Positions 54,280 to 64,000 of a stretch of DNA of 64,000 nt are shown here, one piece after another. Numbering within the stretch: the first letter of the stretch is position 1; each line of letters opens with the position of its first letter. Both the position numbers and the translations under genes were made by a program. Below the pieces are notes generated by a model, which saw only the letters and a list, made by a program, of their open reading frames with translations, was not told the DNA's origin and made no database searches. Origin of the DNA: an uncultured delta proteobacterium (lineage in GTDB: Bacteria; Myxococcota_A; Polyangia; Polyangiales; B10-G4); NCBI GenBank assembly GCA_963727445.1, contig CAVSGI010000010.1, forward strand, positions 288,001 to 352,000. Direction: 5' to 3'.

Positions 54280-55248
54280 ATGACCGAGAACACCACGCCG
54301 GCCGACAAGGCCGAAGAAGGCGCCGAGCAGTCGGCCGCCGCAGCCGACGCCCCGCCCCCCGCCGCTCCCGCCGCTCCCGCCGAGGCCTCGCCCGAGGCTG
54401 CAACCGAGAGCAGCGCGATGGCTACCGTCGGCAACTCGCCCGTCGCCAGCGGAGACCTGCCCATCGGCCTGCGCGCCCTGATCGACGCGGGCGTGCACTT
54501 CGGGCACCAGACCCGCCGCTGGAACCCGAGGATGCGCCCCTACATCTACGGCGCCCGCAACGGCATCCACATCATCGACCTCGACCAGACGGCGCTGCTC
54601 TTCAAGCGCGCCTACGAGTTCGTCGTCGAGGCGGTCGCCCGCGGCGGCCACGTGCTCTTCGTCGGCACCAAGCGCCAGGCGGTGGACGTCATCCGCGAGG
54701 AGGCCGAGCGCGCGGGTCAGTTCTACGTCACCGGCCGCTGGCTCGGCGGCACGCTCACCAACTTCCGCACCGTGAAGGGCGCCATCGAGCGCCTGCGCGA
54801 GCTCGAGCGCGATGTTCGAGGACGGCACGGCCGAGGCGCTGCTCCAAGAAGGAGCAGATGCGCCTCCGCCGCGAGCAGGAGCGGCTCGAGAAGTTCATCG
54901 GCGGCATCAAGATGATGAACACGCCTGCCGTCGCGTCCTCTTCGTCATCGATCCCGCACCACGAGCACATCGCGGTCCGCGAGGGCGCGCAAGCTCCACA
55001 TCCCGATCGTCGCGCTCACCGACACCAACTGCGATCCCGACCTGATCGACTTCGTGGTGCCGGGCAACGACGACGCGATCCGCTCGATCAAGCTCATCAC
55101 CTCGCGCATCGCGGACGCCTGCATGGGGGCGCAGCAGCGTCGCCGTGAGTGCGGTGCAGCAGGGCTACGCTCCGCCAGAGCTCGGCGGGGCGTGCAGGTC
55201 GAGTTCCAGCGTGGCCGCCGTCGTGGTGGTCGCGGCAGGGCCGTCTGA
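54280..55248 (+). CDS. rpsB: 30S ribosomal protein S2 (multiple indels)
   Basis: [43 protein letters not shown]. Confidence 0.95.
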
Positions 55249-55280
55249 AGCGGTCGTTCATCTCGAGAAGAGGCAGGAAG

Positions 55281-55958
55281 ATGACCAAGGTCACCGCTCA
55301 GCAGGTCAAGGCGCTGCGTGATCGCACCGGCGCCGGCATGATGGATTGCAAGAACGCGCTCATCGAAGCCGAAGGCAACGAGGACGCCGGCAGTCGACAT
55401 CATCCAGAAGAAGGGGCTGGCCAAGGCGGCGAAGAAGGCCGGCGCCATCGCCGCCGAGGGCGTGATCCACGCCTACATCCACCCCGGCAGCCGCGTCGGC
55501 GTGCTCGTCGAGATCAACTGCCAGACCGACTTCGTCGCCCGGAACGAGGAGTTCCAGGAGTTCGTGAACAACGTCGGGATGCAGATCGCTTCGATGACGC
55601 CGGAGTTCGTCAGCGAAGAGAGCATCGACGACGCGACGGTCGAGGCGAAGAAGGAGTTCTTCAAGGAGCAGCTCGAGGAAGAGGAGCGGCAGACCGGCAA
55701 GAAGAAGCCCGCCGCCGCCCTCGACAAGATCATCGAAGGCAAGGTGAACAAGTGGAAGGAGGAGGCTTGCCTCCTCGACCAGGCCCTCGTCACGGACGAG
55801 GAAGGCCGCACCGTCGGTGACATCCAGAGGCGCTCAGCGGGAAGATCGGCGAGAAGATCAGCGTTCGCCGCTTCGTCCGCTACGAGCTCGGCGAGGGCAT
55901 CGAGAAGAAGAAGGTGGATCTCGCGGCCGACGTCGCGGAGACCCTCGCGGGCGCCTGA
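55281..55958 (+). CDS. tsf: Elongation factor Ts, short form (two indels)
   Basis: [40 protein letters not shown]. Confidence 0.95.
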
Positions 55959-55968
55959 TGGTCACTCG

Positions 55969-56700
55969 ATGACCGAGCTCGCTTACTCGCGCATGATGTT
56001 GAAGCTCTCCGGCGAGGCCCTCTGCGGCCGCGTCGGGGGCTTCGGCGTCGACCCCGAGACGCTTCACACCATCAGCGTCGAGCTCGCGGAGGTGGCGAAC
56101 CTCGGGGTGGAGCTCTCCATCGTCATCGGCGGCGGCAACATCTTCCGCGGCCTGAGGGGCAGCGCCTCGGGGATGGACCGCGCGAGCGCCGACTACATGG
56201 GCATGCTGGCGACGGTGATCAACGGCATCGCGCTCCAGGACGCGCTCGAGAAGCTCGGGGTCAGCACGCGTCTGATCAGCGCTCTCGACATCCGCCAGGT
56301 CGCCGAGCCGTACATTCGGCGGCGCGCGGTGCGGCACCTCGAGAAGAGGCGGGTCGTCATCTTCGTCGCCGGCACCGGCAATCCCTACTTCTCCACCGAC
56401 ACCGCGGCGGCGCTGCGCGCGATGGAGATCCAGGCGCAGGTGCTGCTCAAAGCGACCAAGGTCGAAGGGATCTACGACAAGGATCCCGCCGAGCACGAAG
56501 ACGCCAAGATGTTCCGGCGCATCAGCTACGACAGGTTCCTCACCGAGCGGATCGGGGTGATGGACTCCACCGCCGTGACGCTGTGTCGCGAGAACAAGCT
56601 GCCCATTCGCGTGGTCAAGCTCGCGAAACGAGGGAACATCAAGCGGGTGGTCCTGGGCGAGGACCTCGGGACGCTGGTAACCGAGTCGGGAGAGGGGTAA
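55969..56700 (+). CDS. pyrH: UMP kinase
   Basis: [32 protein letters not shown]. Confidence 0.96.
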   Translation: MTELAYSRMMLKLSGEALCGRVGGFGVDPETLHTISVELAEVANLGVELSIVIGGGNIFRGLRGSASGMDRASADYMGMLATVINGIALQDALEKLGVSTRLISALDIRQVAEPYIRRRAVRHLEKRRVVIFVAGTGNPYFSTDTAAALRAMEIQAQVLLKATKVEGIYDKDPAEHEDAKMFRRISYDRFLTERIGVMDSTAVTLCRENKLPIRVVKLAKRGNIKRVVLGEDLGTLVTESGEG

Positions 56701-56710
56701 AACCCCGCCC

Positions 56711-57268
56711 ATGCTCGACGAGATTCTGGAAGACCTGAAGTCTGCCGGCGCCAAGGCGCACGATTCGCTCAAGCGAGAGCTCACCCGCATCCGAACGGGG
56801 CGCGCGAACCCGGATCTGCTGCAGTCGATCAAGATCGACTACTACGGCACGCCCACGCCGCTGCAGCAGATGTCGAACATCACCGTTCCCGAAGCGCGCA
56901 TGCTGATGGTGAAGCCCTTCGAGAAGAGCATGGTGAAGGTCGTCGAGAAGGCGATCATGGAGGCCGGGCTCGGGCTCAACCCGATGTCCGACGGTGAGCT
57001 GCTGCGCATTCCGATGCCGCCGCTGACCGAGGAACGGCGCAAGGAGCTCGCGAAGGTGGCCCGGGCCGCAGGCGAGGATTGCAAGGTGGCCATCCGCAAG
57101 GCCCGCCACGACGCCAAGGACATGATCGACGAGATGCAGAAGTCCGGCGACGCGAGCGAGGACGACTGCGAGCGCGCCAAGAAGGAAATGGAAGAGATCG
57201 TGAAGGGCCTCGGCGCCCGCACCGACGAGATCGTCGCTTCGAAGGAAGCCGACATCATGGAGGTCTGA
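56711..57268 (+). CDS. frr: Ribosome recycling factor
   Basis: RTGRANP, DYYG, PPLTEERRKEL. Confidence 0.97.
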   Translation: MLDEILEDLKSAGAKAHDSLKRELTRIRTGRANPDLLQSIKIDYYGTPTPLQQMSNITVPEARMLMVKPFEKSMVKVVEKAIMEAGLGLNPMSDGELLRIPMPPLTEERRKELAKVARAAGEDCKVAIRKARHDAKDMIDEMQKSGDASEDDCERAKKEMEEIVKGLGARTDEIVASKEADIMEV

Positions 57269-57299
57269 GAGACCCCGGAGCGGGGTACCATTGGGGTGA

Positions 57300-59309
57300 A
57301 TGTGGCTCCTGCTCCTCTTCGCGTTCGGCTGCGGCGGCGACGACTCGATCAGCGATGCATCGACGGGTGACGCGACCGCCGACGGAGGTCTCGGCGTCAC
57401 GCCGCCGGCCTCCGCATCTCCCCCGGTGCTGACGCCCTGCGCCAGCGGCTGGCTCGAGGCCGATGTGGACGGCTTCACCATCTGTGAGCCCTGGGCCGAC
57501 GTGACGGTGCCCGACTGCACGGACATCGCAGGGGGCGCGGCGCTCCCGGGACAGAGCGCCTGCGTCTCCCTCGGCACGCCTTGCCCGGCGGGCGACTTTC
57601 CGGAGGGGCTTCCCGCCGGCGCGACCGTGCACCACGTGTCGGCCTCCGCCGCGGCAGGCGGCGACGGTTCCGCCGGCGCACCCTTCGCCACCATCGGTGC
57701 AGCGATGAGCGTCGCGCGCACTGACGACGTCATCGCCATCGCCAAGGGTCGCTACGACGAGATCGTGGTCGCGCGCGCCGGCGTGACGCTCTGGGGAGCC
57801 TGCCCCGCAGAGACCGTCCTGACCTCGTCTTCGCCCCATCGGGACGACGGCGTGATCGTCCTCGGCGGAAATGGGATCGTCGTCCGCAATCTGAGCATCC
57901 GGGACGGCGCGCGATCCGGGATCTCGACCGGGAGTAGCAACGCCGGCGCGATGATCGAGGACGTCGTCATCGACGGCGCCGCGAGCTGGGGCGTGTATCA
58001 GGATGCCGGTGCGCTCTCCCTCGATGGGGTGGCGCTGAGGAACACCGGCGTGGCCGCGCTCGCCGTCGTCGGGGGCGAGATGGACGCCGGCCGCTTGGAG
58101 ATCCTCGCGAGCGGAGAGCTCTCCGTCTATGCCGAGGGGACGAGCGCGACGGCGCGGGTCTCGGATGCCACGATCCGCGAGACGCGGCCCGACGCGGGAG
58201 GTGACTTCGGCTGGGCCCTCCTCGCCCAGGGAGGAGCCACGATCGAAGCGACGCGCGTGGCGATCGTCGACAACCACGACGCCGCGGTGTCCGCCGGTCC
58301 GACGGGGCGCATCGTCCTCCACGATGCGCTCGTGGCCCGGACCGCGACCCGCATGTTCGACGACGCCTGGGGCCGCGGGATCAGCGCCCAGAACGGTGCG
58401 GTCGAGGTCGAGCGCGTGAGCGTCCTCGACAGTCACGTCGAGGCCATCCACCTCGACCAGCCGGACAGCGATTCGTCACTCCGCGACGTCTTCGTGGCGC
58501 GGATCCTTCCCCGCATGGACGGCCGCGGTGCGCGCGGCCTCGCGCTGTCCAATGGGGCCACCGCGATTGTGGAGCGCATCGCCATCGTCGACGGCGCCGA
58601 GACGGGTGTCTTCGTCCACGGCGAGGGGACCGAGCTCACCATCAGCGACGTCACCGTCCGCGACATCGAGTCGCAGCCCTCCGACCAGCTCTGGGGACGC
58701 GGCATGAGCGCCGACCAGAGCGCCGTGCTCACGGTGGAGCGCGCGCTGATCGAACGCTGCCGCGACGTGGGCCTTCTGGCACGCGCGGGCTCTACTCTGG
58801 TGGCGCGCGACGTCGCCATCCACGACGTGCGCAGCCGTGCGCTCGACCTCTCCTACGGTCGGGGCGTGGAGGTCTCTCTCGACGCCACCGCCACCATCGA
58901 GCGAGCGGAGATCGCGCGGGTACGCGAGGCGGGGGTGCTCGCGGCGGCCGGGAGCACGGTGCAGCTCTGTGACCTGGTGATCGACACGGTGCTGGCGCGC
59001 GACTGTGCACAGAGCGGCTGCGCCGACGGGCCTGCGACCTACGGGATGGGCCTCGCCGCGGCGGCGGCCACCATCGACGCGACCCGCTTCTCCATTCACG
59101 ACGCCCATCTATGCGGCGCGCAGATCGCCGACGAAGGAGCGCTGGACCTCAGCGTGGGCACGATCAGCGGCGCCGAGGTCGGCGTGTGCATTCAGGTCGA
59201 CGGATACGATATCGACCGCCTGACCGACCAGGTCGAGTACGTCGACAACGGCGCCAATCTCGAAGCCACCTCGCTGCCCGTTCCGGCCACGGGCGACGCC
59301 GCGCCCTGA
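57300..59309 (+). CDS. Lipoprotein with right-handed beta-helix repeats
   Basis: AFGC lipobox; GDGSAGAPFATI..A...G.Y.E; repeated 'GRG' beta-helix turns. Confidence 0.8.
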   Translation: MWLLLLFAFGCGGDDSISDASTGDATADGGLGVTPPASASPPVLTPCASGWLEADVDGFTICEPWADVTVPDCTDIAGGAALPGQSACVSLGTPCPAGDFPEGLPAGATVHHVSASAAAGGDGSAGAPFATIGAAMSVARTDDVIAIAKGRYDEIVVARAGVTLWGACPAETVLTSSSPHRDDGVIVLGGNGIVVRNLSIRDGARSGISTGSSNAGAMIEDVVIDGAASWGVYQDAGALSLDGVALRNTGVAALAVVGGEMDAGRLEILASGELSVYAEGTSATARVSDATIRETRPDAGGDFGWALLAQGGATIEATRVAIVDNHDAAVSAGPTGRIVLHDALVARTATRMFDDAWGRGISAQNGAVEVERVSVLDSHVEAIHLDQPDSDSSLRDVFVARILPRMDGRGARGLALSNGATAIVERIAIVDGAETGVFVHGEGTELTISDVTVRDIESQPSDQLWGRGMSADQSAVLTVERALIERCRDVGLLARAGSTLVARDVAIHDVRSRALDLSYGRGVEVSLDATATIERAEIARVREAGVLAAAGSTVQLCDLVIDTVLARDCAQSGCADGPATYGMGLAAAAATIDATRFSIHDAHLCGAQIADEGALDLSVGTISGAEVGVCIQVDGYDIDRLTDQVEYVDNGANLEATSLPVPATGDAAP

Positions 59310-59346
59310 GGCGTTCGCCCGATCACGGGTGCTATCCTCCATCTCC

Positions 59347-60060
59347 ATGTCCTTTAGGTGGCGGTTCGGAGTCGGGCTCGGGGTTCTGGGCGCTTTCGGC
59401 GCGGCGTGTGGGGGCGGCCACATGTCGTTGCCACCCGACGAATCGACCGACCTCGAGAGCGGCGGTGGCGACGTGCGCGAGGCTGAGAACCCGCGGCCCG
59501 TGGGGGCGGCGTTTCCCGCCGCCGCCGAGATCCAGGAGGCCTCGGCGAGCGGCGCGATCGAACGGATCGCGCCCGAGGCGCGCCCAGGAGGGACGATGGC
59601 GACGCGGGTGGTGATCGCGGGCGACGCCGAGGAGGCCCAGCGCTCGTTCCTCGTCATGCTCCCCGACGAGGTGCCCCTGCCCTTCGCCGTCGGCGACACG
59701 GTCGCCCTCCGCATCGAGACACTCCCAGGTCCGCCGACCTGGCAGCCCATGGATCTCGTCGTCACGGACGCGGATGGAGGATTGCTCCTCATGAACGGCG
59801 TCACCGCGCCGGACGGCTGGAGCCTGGAGATCGCCGGCGAAGCGGCGAGCGTCGATCGCGGCGACTACGACGAAGTCGAGCGCTACGTGAGCCTCACGCA
59901 CGAAGGGACGACGGCTGTCACCGATCGCGGTCGCTGGCGACGCCTCGAAGCGCCCGACGGAGCGTGGTTCGTCGCGGGCAGCGCGAGGGACGTGGAAGGC
60001 GACTCTCTTCCGCCGGATAGCGGTCCATCCCACGCCATCATGATCGTTCGCGGCCGCTGA
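59347..60060 (+). CDS. Lipoprotein, hypothetical
   Basis: GAAC lipobox. Confidence 0.65.
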   Translation: MSFRWRFGVGLGVLGAFGAACGGGHMSLPPDESTDLESGGGDVREAENPRPVGAAFPAAAEIQEASASGAIERIAPEARPGGTMATRVVIAGDAEEAQRSFLVMLPDEVPLPFAVGDTVALRIETLPGPPTWQPMDLVVTDADGGLLLMNGVTAPDGWSLEIAGEAASVDRGDYDEVERYVSLTHEGTTAVTDRGRWRRLEAPDGAWFVAGSARDVEGDSLPPDSGPSHAIMIVRGR

Positions 60061-60148
60061 ACGGCCCGCACACCGACTCGGCATAGTCGCGCCCTGCCGG
60101 TCGTCAAGGACACCTTGTCTACGCGACACGTGTGACTAGGGCACCGGT

Positions 60149-60530
60149 ATGGACACGAACAAGCTCGATACGAATGCGCTCTTCACTCAGTACGTCAACG
60201 TCGTCAACAAAGCGCTCACCAGCCACGAGGAGTTCCCGTTGAAGCAGCTCACCAAGGCGGGTGAGAAGCTGGTCGACGGAAAGGAGATTGGAGCGGCGGT
60301 CTACAAGACCGACCCGAACAAGCCGCACGACTACTTCACTCTGACGATACGCGACGGCAGGTTTCACGCCGAGCAGGGCAAGCACCATCCCGACATCGAA
60401 TGGAAGGTGAAGCAGGAGCATCTCGAAAACGTCGTGGAGCACCCCGACGAGTTCATCGCCCACCCGTTGAAGCTCGATTCTCGACTGGCTCGGAACGCGC
60501 TTCGGTCGGTCGGGCTCGGGCGAGGCCTGA
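60149..60530 (+). CDS. Small hypothetical protein, possibly SCP2-like (indel near 60480)
   Basis: MDTNKLD...HPDIEWKV...HPLKLD then LDWLGTRF...* in the shifted frame. Confidence 0.65.
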
Positions 60531-60638
60531 GTCCGGCGGCGCGACCGGCGCCGAGCCGCCGGCTCTCCTGCCAGGGAACTGTCAGGATGAGGCGCTTCTC
60601 CCCTTGTGCTTTCGCGCGAGGGGCGCCAACGATCCCCC

Positions 60639-61889
60639 ATGCAACGGGTGGAGGCGCTCCTCGAGCGATACACGGCTGTCCGCCGCCAGAGCATGGCGCT
60701 TTGCGAGCCGCTCGCGGTGGAAGACCTCGTGGTGCAGAGCATGCCGGACGCGAGCCCGCTCAAGTGGCACCTCGCGCACACGACCTGGTTCTTCGACACC
60801 TTCGTCGCCGGGCCCGGCGGACGGCCCGTGGGGTCGGATGCCTACCGGCACCTCTTCAACAGCTACTACGAGACGGTGGGCTCTCCTTTTCCGCGTCCGC
60901 TTCGGGGCACGCTCTCGCGGCCGACGGTGGCCGAGGTGCGCGCCTATCGGCGCCGCGTCGACCAAGCGGTTCCGCTTGCGGTAGAGGAAGCCGCCAGCGA
61001 CACCGCGCTCTTCGCCTCGCTCCTGCGCGCCCTCGAGATCGGCATCCACCACGAGCAACAACATCAGGAGTTGATGCTCACCGACGTGAAGCACGCGCTC
61101 GGATCGAATCCGCTGAGGCCCGCCTACGACGCGACGCTCGATCTGGCGCCCGCGGTCGCTGCGCCGATGGAGATGGTGGGATTCGAAGGGGGCGTGCACG
61201 AGGTCGGTCACGCGGGTGACGGCTTCGCCTACGACAACGAGAGCCCCCGCCACCGCGTCTTCGTCGAAGACTTCTCCCTCGCGTCGCGCCTGGTGAGCAA
61301 CGAGGAGTTCGCCGCCTTCGTCGAGGATGGCGGCTATCGCTCCTCTGCGCTCTGGCTCGACGAGGGGTGGGCCTGGGTGCGCGAGCAGGGCATCGAGGCT
61401 CCGCTCTACTGGGATCCGGTTGGCGGCGGTCATGCCAGCTACACGCTCGCTGGGGTGAAGCCCCTCGACCCACACGCGCCCGTCTGCCACGTGAGCTTCT
61501 TCGAGGCCGACGCGTATGCACGCTGGGCGAACAAGCGTCTTGTCACCGAAGAGGAGTGGGAGGTCGCCGCGGCCACCGTCGATGCGTCGAGCCGCGGGAC
61601 GCTGCAGGACGACGGGGTTCTTCATCCGGTCGGGCGGCCGGCGCGCGGGAAGGTGCAGCACCTCTTCGGCGAGGTGTGGGAGCACACCGCGAGCGCCTAC
61701 CGACCGTATCCGGGCTTTTCGCCGCTCGGCGGCGCGCTCGGCGAGTACAACGGCAAGTTCATGAGCGGACAGATGGTGCTCCGCGGCGCGTCGTGCGCGA
61801 CGCCCGCGAGCCACCTCCGGGTCACGTACCGAAACTTCTTCGCGCCGCAGAAGCGGTGGCAGTTCACTGGCTTTCGCCTGGCCGAATAG
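60639..61889 (+). CDS. egtB: Ergothioneine sulfoxide synthase EgtB
   Basis: SPLKWHLAHTTWFF, FNSYY, HEQQHQE, GEYNGKFM, YRNFF. Confidence 0.93.
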   Translation: MQRVEALLERYTAVRRQSMALCEPLAVEDLVVQSMPDASPLKWHLAHTTWFFDTFVAGPGGRPVGSDAYRHLFNSYYETVGSPFPRPLRGTLSRPTVAEVRAYRRRVDQAVPLAVEEAASDTALFASLLRALEIGIHHEQQHQELMLTDVKHALGSNPLRPAYDATLDLAPAVAAPMEMVGFEGGVHEVGHAGDGFAYDNESPRHRVFVEDFSLASRLVSNEEFAAFVEDGGYRSSALWLDEGWAWVREQGIEAPLYWDPVGGGHASYTLAGVKPLDPHAPVCHVSFFEADAYARWANKRLVTEEEWEVAAATVDASSRGTLQDDGVLHPVGRPARGKVQHLFGEVWEHTASAYRPYPGFSPLGGALGEYNGKFMSGQMVLRGASCATPASHLRVTYRNFFAPQKRWQFTGFRLAE

Positions 61890-61897
61890 GGGGACCG

Positions 61898-62935
61898 ATG
61901 AGTGACGAGCGACGTTATCGTGTGCTGACGGAGGCCGACGTTCGCCCGCTCAGAGACGAGCGCCGAGAGCTCGCCCTCGAGGTGCTCCTCGGGCTCAGCG
62001 ATCGGCCGAAGCGCCTGCCGTCGAAGCACTTCTACGACGACGCCGGCAGCCGCCTCTTTCAGCAGATCATGGGCCTCGACGAGTACTACCTCACGGCGTG
62101 CGAGACGCAGATCCTCGAAAACCACGCCAAGGAGATCGTCTCGCGCTTCGTCGGGAAACGGATCAATCTCGTCGATCTCGGCGCCGGCGACGGAAAGAAG
62201 ACGCGGATTCTCCTCACCGAGCTCGAACGGCAGGGCGTGGACGCGCAGTACGTGCCCATCGACATCTCCGAAGGCGCGATGAAGGTCCTGCTCGAGGGGA
62301 TGGACGCCCAGGACGTGCACGTGCCGATTCGAGGCATCGTCGGGGAGTACGCGGACGGACTCCGATGGACGAGCCACGCTCACGCCGACCGCTCGTCGCT
62401 GGTGCTCTTCCTCGGCTCGAACATCGGCAACTTCAACCGTCCGCAGGCCCGCTCGTTCCTGCGTCAGCTCTGGAACCACCTGCGCCCCGAGGACTCCCTG
62501 CTCGTCGGTTTCGACCTCAAGAAGGACATCGACGTCCTGCTCAGCGCCTACAACGACTCCCAGGGAGTGACGGCGGCGTTCAACAAGAACCTGCTCTCGC
62601 GGATCAATCGGGAGCTCGATGCGAACTTCGACCTGAGCGCCTTTCGCCACTACGGCACGTACGACGTGCACTCCGGCGCCATGGTGAGCTATCTGGTGAG
62701 CCTGGAGCGGCAGCGCGTCGAGATCGGCGCCCTCGACCACGCCTTCGAGTTCGCCGCCTGGGAGCCGGTGCACACCGAGTACAGCTACAAGTACCTCCCG
62801 ACCGACATCGAAGCGCTCGCCGACGACACCGGCTTCTTCCCGGTCGCCCAGTACTTCGACGACCGCCAATACTTCACCGACTGCCTGTGGCGCGTGAAGG
62901 CGCAGCACACCGTGAAGTCCGCCGTGACCGGCTGA
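61898..62935 (+). CDS. egtD: L-histidine N-alpha-methyltransferase EgtD
   Basis: PSKHFYD, EYYLT, DLGAG, FLGSNIGNF, AYNDSQGVTAAFN, HTEYSYK. Confidence 0.93.
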   Translation: MSDERRYRVLTEADVRPLRDERRELALEVLLGLSDRPKRLPSKHFYDDAGSRLFQQIMGLDEYYLTACETQILENHAKEIVSRFVGKRINLVDLGAGDGKKTRILLTELERQGVDAQYVPIDISEGAMKVLLEGMDAQDVHVPIRGIVGEYADGLRWTSHAHADRSSLVLFLGSNIGNFNRPQARSFLRQLWNHLRPEDSLLVGFDLKKDIDVLLSAYNDSQGVTAAFNKNLLSRINRELDANFDLSAFRHYGTYDVHSGAMVSYLVSLERQRVEIGALDHAFEFAAWEPVHTEYSYKYLPTDIEALADDTGFFPVAQYFDDRQYFTDCLWRVKAQHTVKSAVTG

Positions 62936-62950
62936 CGCCCCCCGCGGCCA

Positions 62951-64000
62951 TCAAGGGAGCCGCTCGACCAGCTGATAGCTCCGGGTGAGGGTCTCGCCAT
63001 CGCGATCGAGGGTGATGGTCAGCTCGGTCGAGCTGCGCGCCTCGGCATACGCCTCGAGCGCTGCTTCGGGTCCGTCGATGGCGGCCCCGTTGACCGAACG
63101 GATCGAATCCCCGTTCTGTATCCCGAGCCGGTCCAAGAGCGAATTGGAGCGAATGCCGAAGAGCTTCATCCCGACGGGGTTTCCGTCTTCGATGTCGGGA
63201 ACGAGGCGGGCCAAGCGAAACACGTCGAGGTCGGGGCGTTCGGCGAGCTCGCGCGTGACGAGGTAGTGCCCCTCGCTCTGTTCGCGGATGCCGCGCTCGA
63301 CCGCCTCGGCCATGGGAGGCAGGTCCGTCGCCGGGGGGGCCTGGTCGGCGGCCAGGTCGGGGATCTCCGGCCGGCCGTCGAGAGCCGCCACCACGCGGAG
63401 CTCGGCTGCAGCCACGCGCGCGGCGGCGGTGATGAATGCGCTGGGCGTCGCGTCTTCGCCGAGCTCGAGATAGACATCTCCACTCGCTGTCTGTACAGCG
63501 CCGCTGCCATCGATCCGGATCTCGCTGCCCTCGTCGCCGAGGGGGGACAAGGTGAGGGCCGCTTCGGCGTCTGCGCCCACCACTGCGTGATAGGCGCGGG
63601 AGTACCGCTGGGGGCGGGGAACGGCGCTCGGCAGATGGACGATGGCACCGTTCATGCTCTGTGCGAAGGAGGCGAGCATCGGAAGGGCGCGTTCGATCTC
63701 GAGACGCTCCTCGGGGCTGAGCGCGGGTTCGGCCGAGCCTACCAGCGCGACCCGAGAGACTCCGGCGATCTCGGCGGCGCGAAGCACGGCGCGGAGGGTT
63801 TCGGCGGTGACCCGACGATCGACGGCGAAGCTCGAGAGGTCCTCCGGCGCGTCGACGTCGGCGTTCGGGCCCGTGACGAGGCCGAGCTCTGCCGCGAGGT
63901 CGGTGGGATGGTCCAGGGGGATGCGTCGCGCGGGCGCGGCGGTGGGGACGAGCGCGTCGGGCAGGAGCAACGCGCCGGGAGTGACGATCAGGTCCATGCC
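62951..64000 (-). CDS. Protein with C-terminal GspC-like PDZ domain, 5' part may lie outside the window
   Basis: ARLVP...GMKLFGIRSNSLLDRLGIQNGD.IRSVNG...ALEAY. Confidence 0.7.
   Translation of the reverse strand, partial: GMDLIVTPGALLLPDALVPTAAPARRIPLDHPTDLAAELGLVTGPNADVDAPEDLSSFAVDRRVTAETLRAVLRAAEIAGVSRVALVGSAEPALSPEERLEIERALPMLASFAQSMNGAIVHLPSAVPRPQRYSRAYHAVVGADAEAALTLSPLGDEGSEIRIDGSGAVQTASGDVYLELGEDATPSAFITAAARVAAAELRVVAALDGRPEIPDLAADQAPPATDLPPMAEAVERGIREQSEGHYLVTRELAERPDLDVFRLARLVPDIEDGNPVGMKLFGIRSNSLLDRLGIQNGDSIRSVNGAAIDGPEAALEAYAEARSSTELTITLDRDGETLTRSYQLVERLP

Noticed and set aside
60639..61889. Selenoneine synthase SenA
   Set aside because: No senB or selD-like neighbours; pairing with egtD fits ordinary EgtB.

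Overview
High-GC bacterial DNA with strong Myxococcota (Polyangiales/Sandaracinaceae-like) signatures: a MYXO-CTERM protein, many Cys-rich lipoproteins, Ser/Thr kinases and an mglC/sgmX-type locus. Housekeeping blocks: mglC-aroQ-accB-accC-sgmX, accD-folC-hemD-hemE-hemG, rpsB-tsf-pyrH-frr and egtB-egtD. Several essential genes carry 1-bp indels, most likely long-read assembly errors. The main result is a ~10.3 kb island (9558-19918) made of two different tyrosine-integrase elements, both apparently inserted at the anticodon arm of one tRNA-Gly(CCC) gene but duplicating opposite halves. The host 5' half and promoter are stranded at 19875-19957 and the host 3' half and terminator at 9530-9604. 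The only intact tRNA-Gly (14578-14650) appears to be a chimera of element-supplied halves, driven by an element-encoded promoter that resembles the host one. Element A's integrase is split by its att site and would gain 114 in-frame residues on excision. Other points: a tRNA-Leu reading anticodon AAG, an iteron-like array, a dispersed 27-bp 3'-UTR repeat, and a MITE-like hairpin family with compensatory changes. All calls are by eye; no searches were run.
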